A stretch of DNA of 64,000 bases, from NCBI GenBank assembly GCA_963766005.1, contig CAVXYG010000012.1, positions 17,172 through 81,171 on the forward strand, read 5' to 3'. Origin of the DNA: an uncultured Actinomycetota bacterium. GTDB taxonomy: Bacteria; Actinomycetota; Actinomycetes; S36-B12; GCA-2699445. Below the pieces are notes generated by a model, which was not told the DNA's origin, made no database searches, and saw only the letters and a program-made list of their open reading frames with translations. Position 1 is the first letter of the stretch. Every line of letters starts with the position of its first letter. The position numbers and the translations under genes are program-made. Shown here piece after piece: positions 36,588-45,228 of the stretch.

Positions 36588-37170
36588 ATGATGAAGCGCA
36601 CTGGAGCCGCTGCCGGTGTTGCGGTGCTGCTGGCCTCATCGCTGGCCCTGGCCGCCGGCGCGCAGGCCGACCCGGCCATGAACATCAGCCGCAACGCGAT
36701 GGTCGTGGACAGCGTCAGCGCATTCGTCGCCGCTGAGGACGTGCGGATCGCGGCTGAGGCGAAGGCGCGTGCGGAGGCGGAGGCGGAGGCGGCAGGCGAA
36801 GGCGGCGGCTGAGGCCAAGGCCGCGGCGCCGGCGGCCCCGTCGACGGGGCGTCCCACGAACGACTACGGGATCGCGGGCAGCGCCTACACCGGGCCGATG
36901 TACAACGCGGGCTCGGAGTCCACGCGCAAGTGCATCGTGGCCAAGGAGTCCGGCGGCAACTACGGGATCGTGTCGAGCAACGGCCGGTACCACGGGGCGT
37001 ACCAGTTCTCGCGTCCGACCGGCGATGCCACCGCCCAGCGGATGGGCCGGGCGGATCTCGTGGGCACCCCGGTGAGCCAGTGGAGCCGCTACGAGCAGGA
37101 CATGGCGTTCTGGACGCTGTGGAACAACGGTGCCGGGCGGGGCAACTGGCCAACCGCGGCGGGCTGCTGA
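36588..37170 (+). pseudogene. second Rpf/Apf-like secreted protein gene, interrupted by a +1 frameshift
   Basis: ATG 36588 (MMKRTGAAAGVAVLLASSLALAAGAQA signal peptide) runs into TGA at 36810-36812. The catalytic-domain frame (ORF 36769..37170) is +1. The break lies near 36792-36796, inside a GCGGAG/GCGAAG codon repeat. Confidence 0.65.
36817..37170 (+). repeat. 354-bp direct repeat, copy 2
   Basis: See copy 1. 353 of 354 positions are identical by eye. Confidence 0.9.
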
Positions 37171-37193
37171 GGCTCGCCGGCTGAGCTGGGGCA

Positions 37194-37235
37194 CGACGAC
37201 GCTGCCCGGCCCCCGGGGCGGGCTTCGCGTCGTCG
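37194..37235. terminator. hairpin between the convergent Rpf-like and fumarase genes
   Basis: CGACGACGC (37194-37202) pairs with GCGTCGTCG (37227-37235) around a GC-rich loop. Lies between the stops at 37170 (+) and 37282 (-). Confidence 0.45.
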
Positions 37236-37281
37236 CTCGGCCCCGGGCACCCTGCGAAACCGGCACTCGATGGACCGCCCG

Positions 37282-38949
37282 CTACCCCTGCGGCGCGCCC
37301 ACCGGGATCCGAGCGGCGATGGGGCGCAGCCGGTCGGCGTAGAAGTCGTTGCCCTTGTCGTCCACGATGACGAAGGCGGGGAAGTCCTCCACCTCGATGC
37401 GCCAGACGGCCTCCATCCCCAGGTCGGGGAAGTCGAGGACCTCGACCTTGCGGATGTTGTCGCTGGCCAGGCGAGCCGCCGGGCCGCCGATTGAGCCGAG
37501 GTAGAACCCGCCGTACTCGGCGCAGGCGTCGGTCACCGCCGAGGAGCGGTTTCCCTTGGCCAGCATGACGAACGAGCCGCCGGCCGACTGGAACTGGGCC
37601 ACATAGGAATCCATCCGTCCAGCCGTCGTGGGGCCGAACGAGCCCGATGGCATCCCCTCAGGGGTCTTTGCCGGTCCGGCGTAGTAGACGGCGTGCTCGC
37701 GGAGGTAGTCCGGCATGGGCTCGCCGGCATCGAGCATGCCCTTGATCCGGGCATGGGCGATATCCCTGGCGACGATGAGCGGCCCGGTCAAGCTGACCCG
37801 AGTTCCGACCGGCAGTGTCCCCAGCGCCGCCCGCACGTCGGCCATAGGCTGCTGCAGGTCGATCCGCACGACGTCGGCGGACAGCTTCTCGTCGCTGACC
37901 ACCGGCAGGTAGTGCGCGGGATCGCGTTCCAGCTGCTCCAGGAAGACACCGTCCGGGGTGATCTTGGCCTTGGCCTGCCGGTCGGCGGAGCAGGACACGG
38001 CGATCGCCACCGGGCAGGACGCGCCGTGCCGCGGCATCCGCACGACGCGCACGTCGTGACAGAAGTACTTGCCCCCGAATTGCGCGCCGATGTCGAAGCC
38101 GCGGGTGAGCTCGAGCACTCGGGACTCCAGCTCCACGTCGCGGAAGGCATGCCCGCCGAGCGACCCCGCGGTGGGCAGGGTGTCCAAGTACTTCGTGCTG
38201 GCGTACTTCGCCATCTTCAGCGCGTCCTCGGCGCTGGTTCCGCCGATGACGATCGCGAGGTGGTACGGCGGGCAGGCGGAGGTGCCGATGAGCCGCAGCT
38301 TCTCATCCAGGAACCGCATCATCGAGTCGGGGTTCAGCAGCGCCTTGGTCTCCTGGTACAGGTACGACTTGTTCGCCGACCCCCCGCCCTTGGCGATGTA
38401 GAGCAGCTCGTACTGCGTCTCGTGCCCGGGCTTGGTGTCGGCGTACAGGTCGATCTGCGCCGGCAGGTTCGTGCCCGTGTTCCGCTCATCCCACATCGTC
38501 AGCGGCGCCATCTGCGAGTAGCGCAGGTTCAACTGCTGGTAGGCGTCGAAGATGCCGCGCGCGATGGGCTCCTCGTCCGGACCGTCGGTCAGCACCTGCG
38601 AGCCCCGCTTGCCCATCACGATCGCCGTGCCGGTGTCCTGGCACATCGGGAGCACGCCCCCGGCGGCGATATTGGCGTTCTTCAGCAGATCCAGCGCCAC
38701 GAAGCGGTCGTTCGGGCTGGCATCGGGGTCGTCGAGGATGCTGCGCAGCTGCTGCAGGTGCGCCGGACGCAGCAGGTGCTGGATGTCGTGGATCGCCTCG
38801 AACGTCAACTGCCGCAGGGCCTCGGGCTCCACCCGGAGGAACTCCCGGCCGGCGGCGGAGATCAGCTGCACGCCGTCGGTCGTGATCAAGCGGTACGGCG
38901 TCTCGTCTGCGGCCAGCGGCAGCATCGGCGTGTACTGGAAGTCGACCAT
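37282..38949 (-). CDS. class I (Fe-S dependent) fumarate hydratase
   Basis: ATG 38949 in ORF 37282..39399, 555 aa. [47 protein letters not shown] motifs of FumA/FumB-type enzymes. Confidence 0.93.
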   Translation of the reverse strand: MVDFQYTPMLPLAADETPYRLITTDGVQLISAAGREFLRVEPEALRQLTFEAIHDIQHLLRPAHLQQLRSILDDPDASPNDRFVALDLLKNANIAAGGVLPMCQDTGTAIVMGKRGSQVLTDGPDEEPIARGIFDAYQQLNLRYSQMAPLTMWDERNTGTNLPAQIDLYADTKPGHETQYELLYIAKGGGSANKSYLYQETKALLNPDSMMRFLDEKLRLIGTSACPPYHLAIVIGGTSAEDALKMAKYASTKYLDTLPTAGSLGGHAFRDVELESRVLELTRGFDIGAQFGGKYFCHDVRVVRMPRHGASCPVAIAVSCSADRQAKAKITPDGVFLEQLERDPAHYLPVVSDEKLSADVVRIDLQQPMADVRAALGTLPVGTRVSLTGPLIVARDIAHARIKGMLDAGEPMPDYLREHAVYYAGPAKTPEGMPSGSFGPTTAGRMDSYVAQFQSAGGSFVMLAKGNRSSAVTDACAEYGGFYLGSIGGPAARLASDNIRKVEVLDFPDLGMEAVWRIEVEDFPAFVIVDDKGNDFYADRLRPIAARIPVGAPQG

Positions 38950-39180
38950 GCCCCAAGGGTAGGACTGACGCTCGGTACCGGCGCCGTTGCCCGTCCGGCG
39001 CCCCTGGGCGCGCGGCTGTCGCCACCCGTCCTGGGTCCGGCTCCAAGGCCATGGGCGATCGGCGGCCATTCGGGTGATCGCGGCTGCGCCCGCCCAGATG
39101 GCGGTCGCCAGCGCATGGCTCGGCGGGACCAGGCTGTGGTGTCGGCGAACGCCGTCGACGAGGGAGCGAAGGAGAAGGAC

Positions 39181-39474
39181 ATGGCCGTCGTCACGGTATG
39201 GAAGTGGAAGGACCTCGACGAGGACGCACTGGTGCAGGCTATGGGCGCGATCGCCGTGCTCGACTACCCCGAGGGCTACCAGAACTACGTCTTCGCCGAC
39301 GGCAGCGGCGGGGTGAGCATCAGCCCGGACGGCGAGGACATGGCGGCGCAGGCCGTCCGTGCGCACGTCTTCGGCAAGTGGTGCACCTTGTCGGTGCATG
39401 ACGCCATGACGGAGGGAGACGCGCTGGAGATCGGGCCCCGGATCGTGGAGATCCTCACCGGCCTGGCCGAGTAG
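39181..39474 (+). CDS. small hypothetical protein (possibly DUF3303-like)
   Basis: ATG 39181 preceded by GAAGGAGAAGG, 97 aa, in the C-terminal frame of ORF 37693..39474. GC3-biased. The family guess is weak. Confidence 0.5.
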   Translation: MAVVTVWKWKDLDEDALVQAMGAIAVLDYPEGYQNYVFADGSGGVSISPDGEDMAAQAVRAHVFGKWCTLSVHDAMTEGDALEIGPRIVEILTGLAE

Positions 39475-40291
39475 CCGGAGTCGGCGCCGGGCGGCGCACC
39501 GCCGCCGGATCGGTGATCGCCGGTACTCCCCGCAACCGGTCCAGCACCACGCGCGGGTATGCGCGCTTGCGGGCCGAGCGCCACGGGTTCGTCACGACGA
39601 TCTGCCAGCCGCGCTCCTGCGCCAGTTCCAGCAGTTCCGGCTCCGGGTTGATCGCCACCGGGTTGCCGACCAGTTCCAGCATGGCGAGGTCGGAGATCGA
39701 GTCGGAGTAGGCGTAGGACGCGGCGAGGTCCCAGCCGTGCTCCGCTGCCATGGCGCGCATGATCTCGGCCTTGCCCTCCCGGTAGCAGAAGGGGCCGTCC
39801 AGCCGTCCGGTGTAGCGACCGTCGACCACCTGCGACGTGGTGCCGATGCCGTGCTCGAGGCCAAGCCGGTCCGCGAGTCGCCCCACGATCTCGGTCGGGC
39901 TCGCCGAGAGGATGACGCGCGCGTGCCCGGCGTCGCCGTGGGCCGCCAGCGCCGCCGCAGCATGCGGAGTCACCGATGCGACCAGGCCGTCGAGGAACTC
40001 GTCGCCCAGCGCCACCACTTCCTCCTGCCGCCGTCCGGCCACCGCGCGAAGGATCCGGTCGCGGACCTCCGCCGAGCGCTCATCCGTGGCGCCCTGCAGC
40101 AGGAACGAGGCTCCGTTGCGCAGGTCCACGAGCAGTTCGCCTGGCGTGACGAAGCCCCGGCGGAACGCCGCGACGGCCAGGGGGATGTTCGCCGAGCCGC
40201 GGATCAGGGTGCCGTCGAGGTCGAAGAACGCCGCTGATGTCGCGGTCAGCGAGGCGTCGAGATGGTCTTGGTGCTGGATCAGGGGAGTCAT
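39455..40291 (-). CDS. HAD-IB family hydrolase (SerB-like phosphatase)
   Basis: ATG 40291 in ORF 39455..40357, 278 aa. FFDLDGTLI (motif I), ILSASP (motif II), KAEIM...[11 protein letters not shown] (motifs III/IV). Confidence 0.85.
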   Translation of the reverse strand: MTPLIQHQDHLDASLTATSAAFFDLDGTLIRGSANIPLAVAAFRRGFVTPGELLVDLRNGASFLLQGATDERSAEVRDRILRAVAGRRQEEVVALGDEFLDGLVASVTPHAAAALAAHGDAGHARVILSASPTEIVGRLADRLGLEHGIGTTSQVVDGRYTGRLDGPFCYREGKAEIMRAMAAEHGWDLAASYAYSDSISDLAMLELVGNPVAINPEPELLELAQERGWQIVVTNPWRSARKRAYPRVVLDRLRGVPAITDPAAVRRPAPTPATRPGR

Positions 40292-40523
40292 GGTAGTTCC
40301 TGCTCTCGTGGTGTGAACCGATACTTCTAGTGTTCCCCAATAGATGCGGCTCGACATCGTCCCCGACCGGCAGTATTCACTGGCTCTCGCTATTGCTCGA
40401 GTATGAATCTGGTCGGAGGTGCTCGAGGTGGTCGAGCCTCACGTGAACACCCGCAGCACCACCCGCTCGAATCACTGCCAGGCGCGCGGGCAGGCAGGTC
40501 GGTGCGTGCTTGTCCCGACACGA

Positions 40524-40570
40524 CCGAGCGGGGGCGCAGCGACCGTGGTGGTCGCCGCGCCCCCGCTCGG
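40524..40570 (-). terminator. strong hairpin downstream of the signal peptidase gene
   Basis: 21-bp stem (CCGAGCGGGGGCGCAGCGACC / GGTCGCCGCGCCCCCGCTCGG, one mismatch) with a 5-nt loop. Ends 34 nt after the stop at 40604. No U-tract. Confidence 0.6.
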
Positions 40571-40603
40571 GTGAGTGCGGATCAGGCTGGTGGGTGGGTG
40601 CGG

Positions 40604-41122
40604 TCAGACGGCGGCGGGTTCCGGCTGCGTCTCCTGGTCGTGGGGTTCCGGCTCGTCGTCGCGGTGGCCGGTGATCGCTGACAGCAGTACCGCGGCGGCC
40701 GCGACCACGAGCAGCAGGGAGGCCAGCCCGGCCGGTGTCTGCAGGAACTGCACCGCCATGCCCAGCCCGGGCGACACGCCGACGACGGTGCCGACGATGT
40801 CCTGGGAGGTGGCGACGAAGGGATCGGCCTGCGCGTTGGCGTCGCCCTTGGTCACCAGCGTCCCGTCGGCGTCGATGTCGAGCAGCCGGTGGGTGGTGAC
40901 GCCCTGGCCGACGCGGAAGGAGATGACGTCCCCGGCCTCCGGCTCGGCGCCGGTGTCGACCAGCACCAGCGAGCCGGTGGGGATCTGCGGCGCCATCGAC
41001 GCCGACTCCACCACGTAGGCGCGGTACGGCGCGGCACCGGTCGCGAACAGGCCGGCGGCGACCAGGAGCACGACGGCGGCCGCGGCCAGGACGACACCGA
41101 GGACTCGGGTGATGGCGGTCAT
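40604..41122 (-). CDS. signal peptidase I, SipW/archaeal-eukaryotic type (S26B)
   Basis: ATG 41122 in ORF 40604..42244, 172 aa. N-terminal TM, then VVESASMAPQIPTGSLVLV (Ser nucleophile), ISF...TTHRL (His), KGDAN, and a C-terminal TM helix. Confidence 0.8.
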   Translation of the reverse strand: MTAITRVLGVVLAAAAVVLLVAAGLFATGAAPYRAYVVESASMAPQIPTGSLVLVDTGAEPEAGDVISFRVGQGVTTHRLLDIDADGTLVTKGDANAQADPFVATSQDIVGTVVGVSPGLGMAVQFLQTPAGLASLLLVVAAAAVLLSAITGHRDDEPEPHDQETQPEPAAV

Positions 41123-41183
41123 GGGGATCCCTTCAGGAGCAGGACGGGTGCGGGCGGGGAGGCGGCGGGCCGGGAGTGATGCG

Positions 41184-41222
41184 CGGCGAGCCGGCCCGCG
41201 GGGTGCGCGGACCGGCTCGCCG
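41184..41222 (-). terminator. hairpin between the TasA-like and SipW genes (possible attenuator or partial terminator)
   Basis: 11-bp stem at 41184-41194 / 41212-41222 (core GCGAGCCGG / CCGGCTCGC). Begins 29 nt after the TasA-like stop at 41251. Confidence 0.35.
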
Positions 41223-41250
41223 GACGGGCCTCCCGGAGGCCCGGTGCGGC

Positions 41251-41841
41251 TCAGGCGCCGGGGTTGATGCCCGGCTGGGTGGCCACGACGCTGTAGGGCA
41301 GGCTCAGCGGGATCGCGATCGGCAGCTGCGTCTGCAGGTTCTCCGACAGCTTCAGGGAGAACTCCACGGTCGCGGTGTCGCCCGGGACCAGGCCCTCGGT
41401 CAGCTGCAGGTCCGACGGCAGCGGGGCCACACCCGGCGTGCCGGGCGGGTAGTTGCCGTTCAGGTTGTCGGAGAAGAACACGCGCTCCCCGTCGACGGTG
41501 ATCTCGATCTCGGCGTAGGTGCCGAGCTGGTTGACGGCCTTGAAGGTCGGGTGGTTCGGATCGAACTGCAGCCACACGTCCTGGGCGTTGCGGCCGATGT
41601 TCTTCACCTCGAAGTCGCCGGTGGCCACCTCGCCCGGCAGCAGCGATCCCAGATCCAGGTCCGGGGTCGTGGTGCGGTTGCCGTCGACGCTGACGGCGAT
41701 GCTGCCCATCGACATGGTGATCGCGCCGCCGGAGTTGATGTCGGAGAAGTAGCTGCTCGTGGTGCCCACGGCGGCGGCCCCCAGGCCCAGTGCCACCACG
41801 ACGGCGGCGGCGCTCGCGACGATCTTGCGGTTCTTGCTCAT
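41251..41841 (-). CDS. TasA/camelysin-like secreted protein with a SipW-cognate signal peptide
   Basis: ORF 41251..41841, 196 aa. MSKNRKIVASAAAVVVALGLGAAAVGTTSSYFSD matches the SipW-dependent signal peptide class (...G(T/S)xAYFSD). Beta-rich body. Confidence 0.8.
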   Translation of the reverse strand: MSKNRKIVASAAAVVVALGLGAAAVGTTSSYFSDINSGGAITMSMGSIAVSVDGNRTTTPDLDLGSLLPGEVATGDFEVKNIGRNAQDVWLQFDPNHPTFKAVNQLGTYAEIEITVDGERVFFSDNLNGNYPPGTPGVAPLPSDLQLTEGLVPGDTATVEFSLKLSENLQTQLPIAIPLSLPYSVVATQPGINPGA

Positions 41842-42129
41842 GATGGTCTCCTACGAATGCTCGGGCAGCCCCGACGGAATCCGCGGGCTGCGACTGTGCG
41901 ATGAGAATCGGCCCCCCGCCCGCCTTGTCCCCAAGGCCCCCGGTGGAGTGTCGGTTCCGTCTGACACCCCGGGTATCCCCCAACCCCGGCACCGCAACCC
42001 CGATCCGCCCCCGCCCGAACCCTGCCCGAACATGCCCCGAACGAACCCACGAACTCCTGCCGCAAGACCAACACCCAAGACCCCGTGGATCCAGGGTCGA
42101 TGCAGGTTGCGGTGCCATCGCTGTGGCTG

Positions 42130-42400
42130 GGCGACGACCTCCGAGGCCTGCAGCCAGAGGCTCGACGGAGTCGTGATCGCGCCCGGTGCCAAGACCGCCG
42201 TCTTCTTCGACAACCTGACCGACCCCGGTCACGTCCGGGAACACAGGTTGCGCCGCCTGGCCGACGAGCGCCCCACGATCCTCACCGTCGGCACCCGACC
42301 CTGGACCCTGTCAGCCGGGTCCGCGGCGACGGCACTCCGGTCCCGTGGACTCCCCGGGAGTCCGCCCTCCTTGAGGGCCTGATGCGCCGCAGAGGTACCC
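42130..42400 (+). pseudogene. decayed OmpR/PhoB-type response regulator remnant (linker plus start of winged helix)
   Basis: Two frames together read ...HRLRRLADERPTILTVG / PTLDPVSRVRGDGTPVPWTPRESALLEGLMRRRG, which resembles ...RVRALLRR...L.VG.L.LDP..R.V.R.G..V.LTPREFALLE.LMRR.G. Frameshifted near 42290 and lost after 42400. Confidence 0.3.
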
Positions 42401-42520
42401 GCTGCAACGCCGACGGGCCTGGCCACCAGGACGCCGACGCCGCCGACGAGACCACCTGAGCGATCGCCCCCCGCCGCAGATCGCCTTGGTGGCCCGCAGT
42501 GACGGCATCATAGAAGGACT

Positions 42521-43429
42521 GTGATGAAGACCAGCAGGCGCGCACCACGAGCCATCCGCATTGTCGCCGCCGTCACCGCGGTGGCCGCCCTGGCAGGCGG
42601 GTCATCCGCATGCTCCCCTTCCGGGGAGCCCACGACCGACCAGTCCTCCGGACCCGCCCCGACCTTGGCGCAAGCCCCGACGACGCGCCTGGCCGTGGCT
42701 GGCGATACCGGCACCGGGGCAGGCAGCGCCATCGACGGCACCGTCGAGGCCATGCTCGCCCAAGACGACGGCAACGGCTACGACGGCCTGCTCCTCCTCG
42801 GAGACCTGATCTACCCCGAGGGTGACGCCGAGCAGGCTCCGGCCCGCATCAGTGGGGTGTTCGAGCCTCTGACGCAACGAGGTGCCCGGCTGATCCCGGT
42901 CCTGGGCAACCACGACTACCTGAGCGGGGAACAGGCTCAGGTGCTCCAGGCGATCGGGCGTTCGACGTCGTGGTACGTCGAAGAGGTAGGAGTCGTCCGC
43001 GCACTCGTGCTCGACACCGAGCAGGTCGACAACCCCGAACAGCGCGCCTGGCTCGAGGAAGCGCTCGCTGCCCCGACGGAGGCGCCCTGGACAATCGTCG
43101 CGATGCACAAACCCGCCTATTCCGCCGGACACCACGGATCGGACGAAACGATCCAGGAAGCATGGGTCCCACTCTTCGAGCAGTACGACGTCCCCCTGGT
43201 CCTCGCCGGGCACGACCACGACTACCAGCGATCGATCCCGATCAACGGCGTCACCTACGTCGTCTCCGGCGGAGCCGCGAAGCTGCGGCCGACCGGGAGC
43301 CGGGACTTCACGGCCGCCAGCGCCTCGATCCGTCACTTCGTCGACTTGGCGATCTCCCCCACCTCGATCACGGGTCGCGCCATCGACCAGGACGGGAACT
43401 TGATCGACTCCTTCGAGATCCGTCAGTGA
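42521..43429 (+). CDS. secreted (probable lipoprotein) metallophosphoesterase
   Basis: ORF 42521..43429, 302 aa. Signal peptide ending LAGGSSAC. GDTG, GDLIYPEG, GNHDY, HKP, GHDHDY calcineurin-like motifs. Confidence 0.85.
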   Translation: MMKTSRRAPRAIRIVAAVTAVAALAGGSSACSPSGEPTTDQSSGPAPTLAQAPTTRLAVAGDTGTGAGSAIDGTVEAMLAQDDGNGYDGLLLLGDLIYPEGDAEQAPARISGVFEPLTQRGARLIPVLGNHDYLSGEQAQVLQAIGRSTSWYVEEVGVVRALVLDTEQVDNPEQRAWLEEALAAPTEAPWTIVAMHKPAYSAGHHGSDETIQEAWVPLFEQYDVPLVLAGHDHDYQRSIPINGVTYVVSGGAAKLRPTGSRDFTAASASIRHFVDLAISPTSITGRAIDQDGNLIDSFEIRQ

Positions 43430-43540
43430 GCAGAGGGACCTGCAGGAAGGCGGGTGACGGTTCCCACCACATGGCCCTCTTGGCAAAGGGTCTGGTGCCC
43501 CACGGTTCCGGATCGGACACCAACTCGTTGACGAGGGACC

Positions 43541-43569
43541 GACCCCATGCGCTCCGATCGCATGGGGTC
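43541..43569 (+). terminator. hairpin downstream of the metallophosphoesterase gene
   Basis: GACCCCATGCG (43541-43551), 7-nt loop, CGCATGGGGTC (43559-43569). Perfect 11-bp stem, about 110 nt after the stop. Confidence 0.4.
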
Positions 43570-43980
43570 CGGCTAGGCGATGGTGGGGGGATGGCGCTGC
43601 TCCGCGTCCAGCACACCACAGCACCGCGACCGAACCGCAAGCGGTGATCCTCGAGGCGCGATACCGGCCCGAGGCAAGCCTCACGCTCACCGCGGAGGTC
43701 GATCGGTCCCGCCCTTGCGCTGCCGGTGGAGCACACACCATCGTCGTGTCAGTCACAGCTGGCTGCAGGCGAGGACCAGCATCACCATGGAGGCGGGGGG
43801 CGGCGGGGCTTGGCGAGCGGCCGGTGTCGGTGGACGAGCCGCTGGCGCGCCACGCGGTAGCGGAGGGAGAGGACTCCCGACCTGAAGGTGCGGGTATCGA
43901 CGAGTTCGAGCTTCCCGCGACGCTCGTGCCGGGGGAAGAACGCACATGCCGCCGCCAACCAGCACCTCGTAGACCCTGGG

Positions 43981-44199
43981 CCGGTACTCGTCGATCAGGT
44001 GCAGCGCAGCAGCCCCGGCGGCGAGGGTAGCGCCGCCGATCGCGATCTCGCCCTCCCCGCGCCCCGCCCGCAGGCGCCCGATCTCCTCAGCCAGGCCGCC
44101 GGAGGCCAGGCGGGCGTTGCCCGGGATCGCGACGATGTCCGGTCCCTGAGCCAGGACCCACGCCAGCGCGAGCCTCGCCCAAGCCGGCTGGTGACGATC
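43981..44199 (-). pseudogene. aldo/keto reductase C-terminal fragment
   Basis: Minus-strand frame reads PAWARLALAWVLAQGPDIVAIPGNARLASGGLAEEIG..., matching the AKR C-terminal block (tpaQlALAWvLaq...vIPG...leen). No N-terminal part is present. The fragment abuts the stop of the gene at 44217. Confidence 0.35.
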
Positions 44200-44216
44200 G
44201 CCAGATCGACTGCTGT

Positions 44217-44891
44217 CTACAGGGCGACCACGCGGTCGCGGATCGCATCGAGCGTCTTGGGAGGCAGGTCGGCGAGGCCGCAGAGCTCCTCAGCACTGGC
44301 GAAACCCCCGAGGTGGTCGCGAGCCTCGATCAGAGCGCGCGCATGGTCGTGGCTGAGCCCCAGGTGAGACACGAGGACCGCCTCAGGAACATGGTTGACG
44401 TCCACGAGCCCGCCGTCGTCGTACTGCCGACGGAGGTCCGGTCGTCCGATCATCAGGTCCCGTGCCAGACCCGGGTCCTTCCTGCTCAGCGCCACCGACT
44501 CCTCGCGGCGCTTGCGGGCAGCGAGGGCGCTGGAGACGGCCGGATCGAGGGCGATCGGGGCGATGGACAAGGCGTTCCCGGCGACGGAATGCGACGGCGC
44601 GAAGACCGCCTCTCGGGTGCGGAACGCCTGCATCGTGCCGGCGACCGCCAAGACCACGGCGATTGCAGCGCCAACGTTCTGCATCGGTGTGCTGCTCCCG
44701 TCGAGGTTGGACGCGCCGCTCATCAGGCTCCACGCGACGATGTCGCCAACGATCAGGCAGGCAGCCCAGAACCAGAGATCGCGGCGTTGCAGCTTGATGG
44801 CTGCGTGCAGGGCCGGGATGAACGCGATCATGCCGAAGGTGTAGGCGGGGGAGAGGGCCCACCAGAGGCGCGAGGACGACCTGGGCAGCAC
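44217..44891 (-). CDS. membrane protein with a C-terminal helix-hairpin-helix (ComEA-like) domain
   Basis: ORF 44217..44891 (GTG start), 224 aa. Four predicted N-terminal TM helices. C-terminus VDVNHVPEAVLVSHLGLSHDHARALIEARDHLGGFASAEELCGLADLPPKTLDAIR is HhH-like. Confidence 0.65.
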   Translation of the reverse strand: MLPRSSSRLWWALSPAYTFGMIAFIPALHAAIKLQRRDLWFWAACLIVGDIVAWSLMSGASNLDGSSTPMQNVGAAIAVVLAVAGTMQAFRTREAVFAPSHSVAGNALSIAPIALDPAVSSALAARKRREESVALSRKDPGLARDLMIGRPDLRRQYDDGGLVDVNHVPEAVLVSHLGLSHDHARALIEARDHLGGFASAEELCGLADLPPKTLDAIRDRVVAL

Positions 44892-45228
44892 GGCGGTGGC
44901 CGGATGGACATGCTCTGTCCACTGCCGACCGTCCCACCACCGCTGACGGCCCGAGCCGGCGCTCTACCAACCTGCGGGAGCGTACTTCTCGCTCATGATC
45001 TCCTCGTTTGACGGCCGGCGGTCTACCGCAGCGACTCGGAGCCAGTGACGGCACCGAGGAGTTCGCGCGTCCCATGTGTCCCTGAGTGGTACCCGGAGGA
45101 GGATCGGTCGAAACGAGCTTCGGCGGACGGCGCAGTCGCGCCCGACCTGTCACCAATGTCGCAAACGGGTTGCTCTAGCGTCGCGTTCCTGCTTTGCTCG
45201 CTTCGGACTGCGTCTGTGGAGGTCGTCG

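Noticed and set aside
40292-40480. A less GC-rich stretch with repeated CTCGAG motifs upstream of the HAD hydrolase gene; considered as an sRNA or small ORF (ATG 40403).
   Set aside because: The ORF is not GC3-biased and has no RBS. The composition is consistent with an ordinary promoter and 5' region, and I found no supporting structure.
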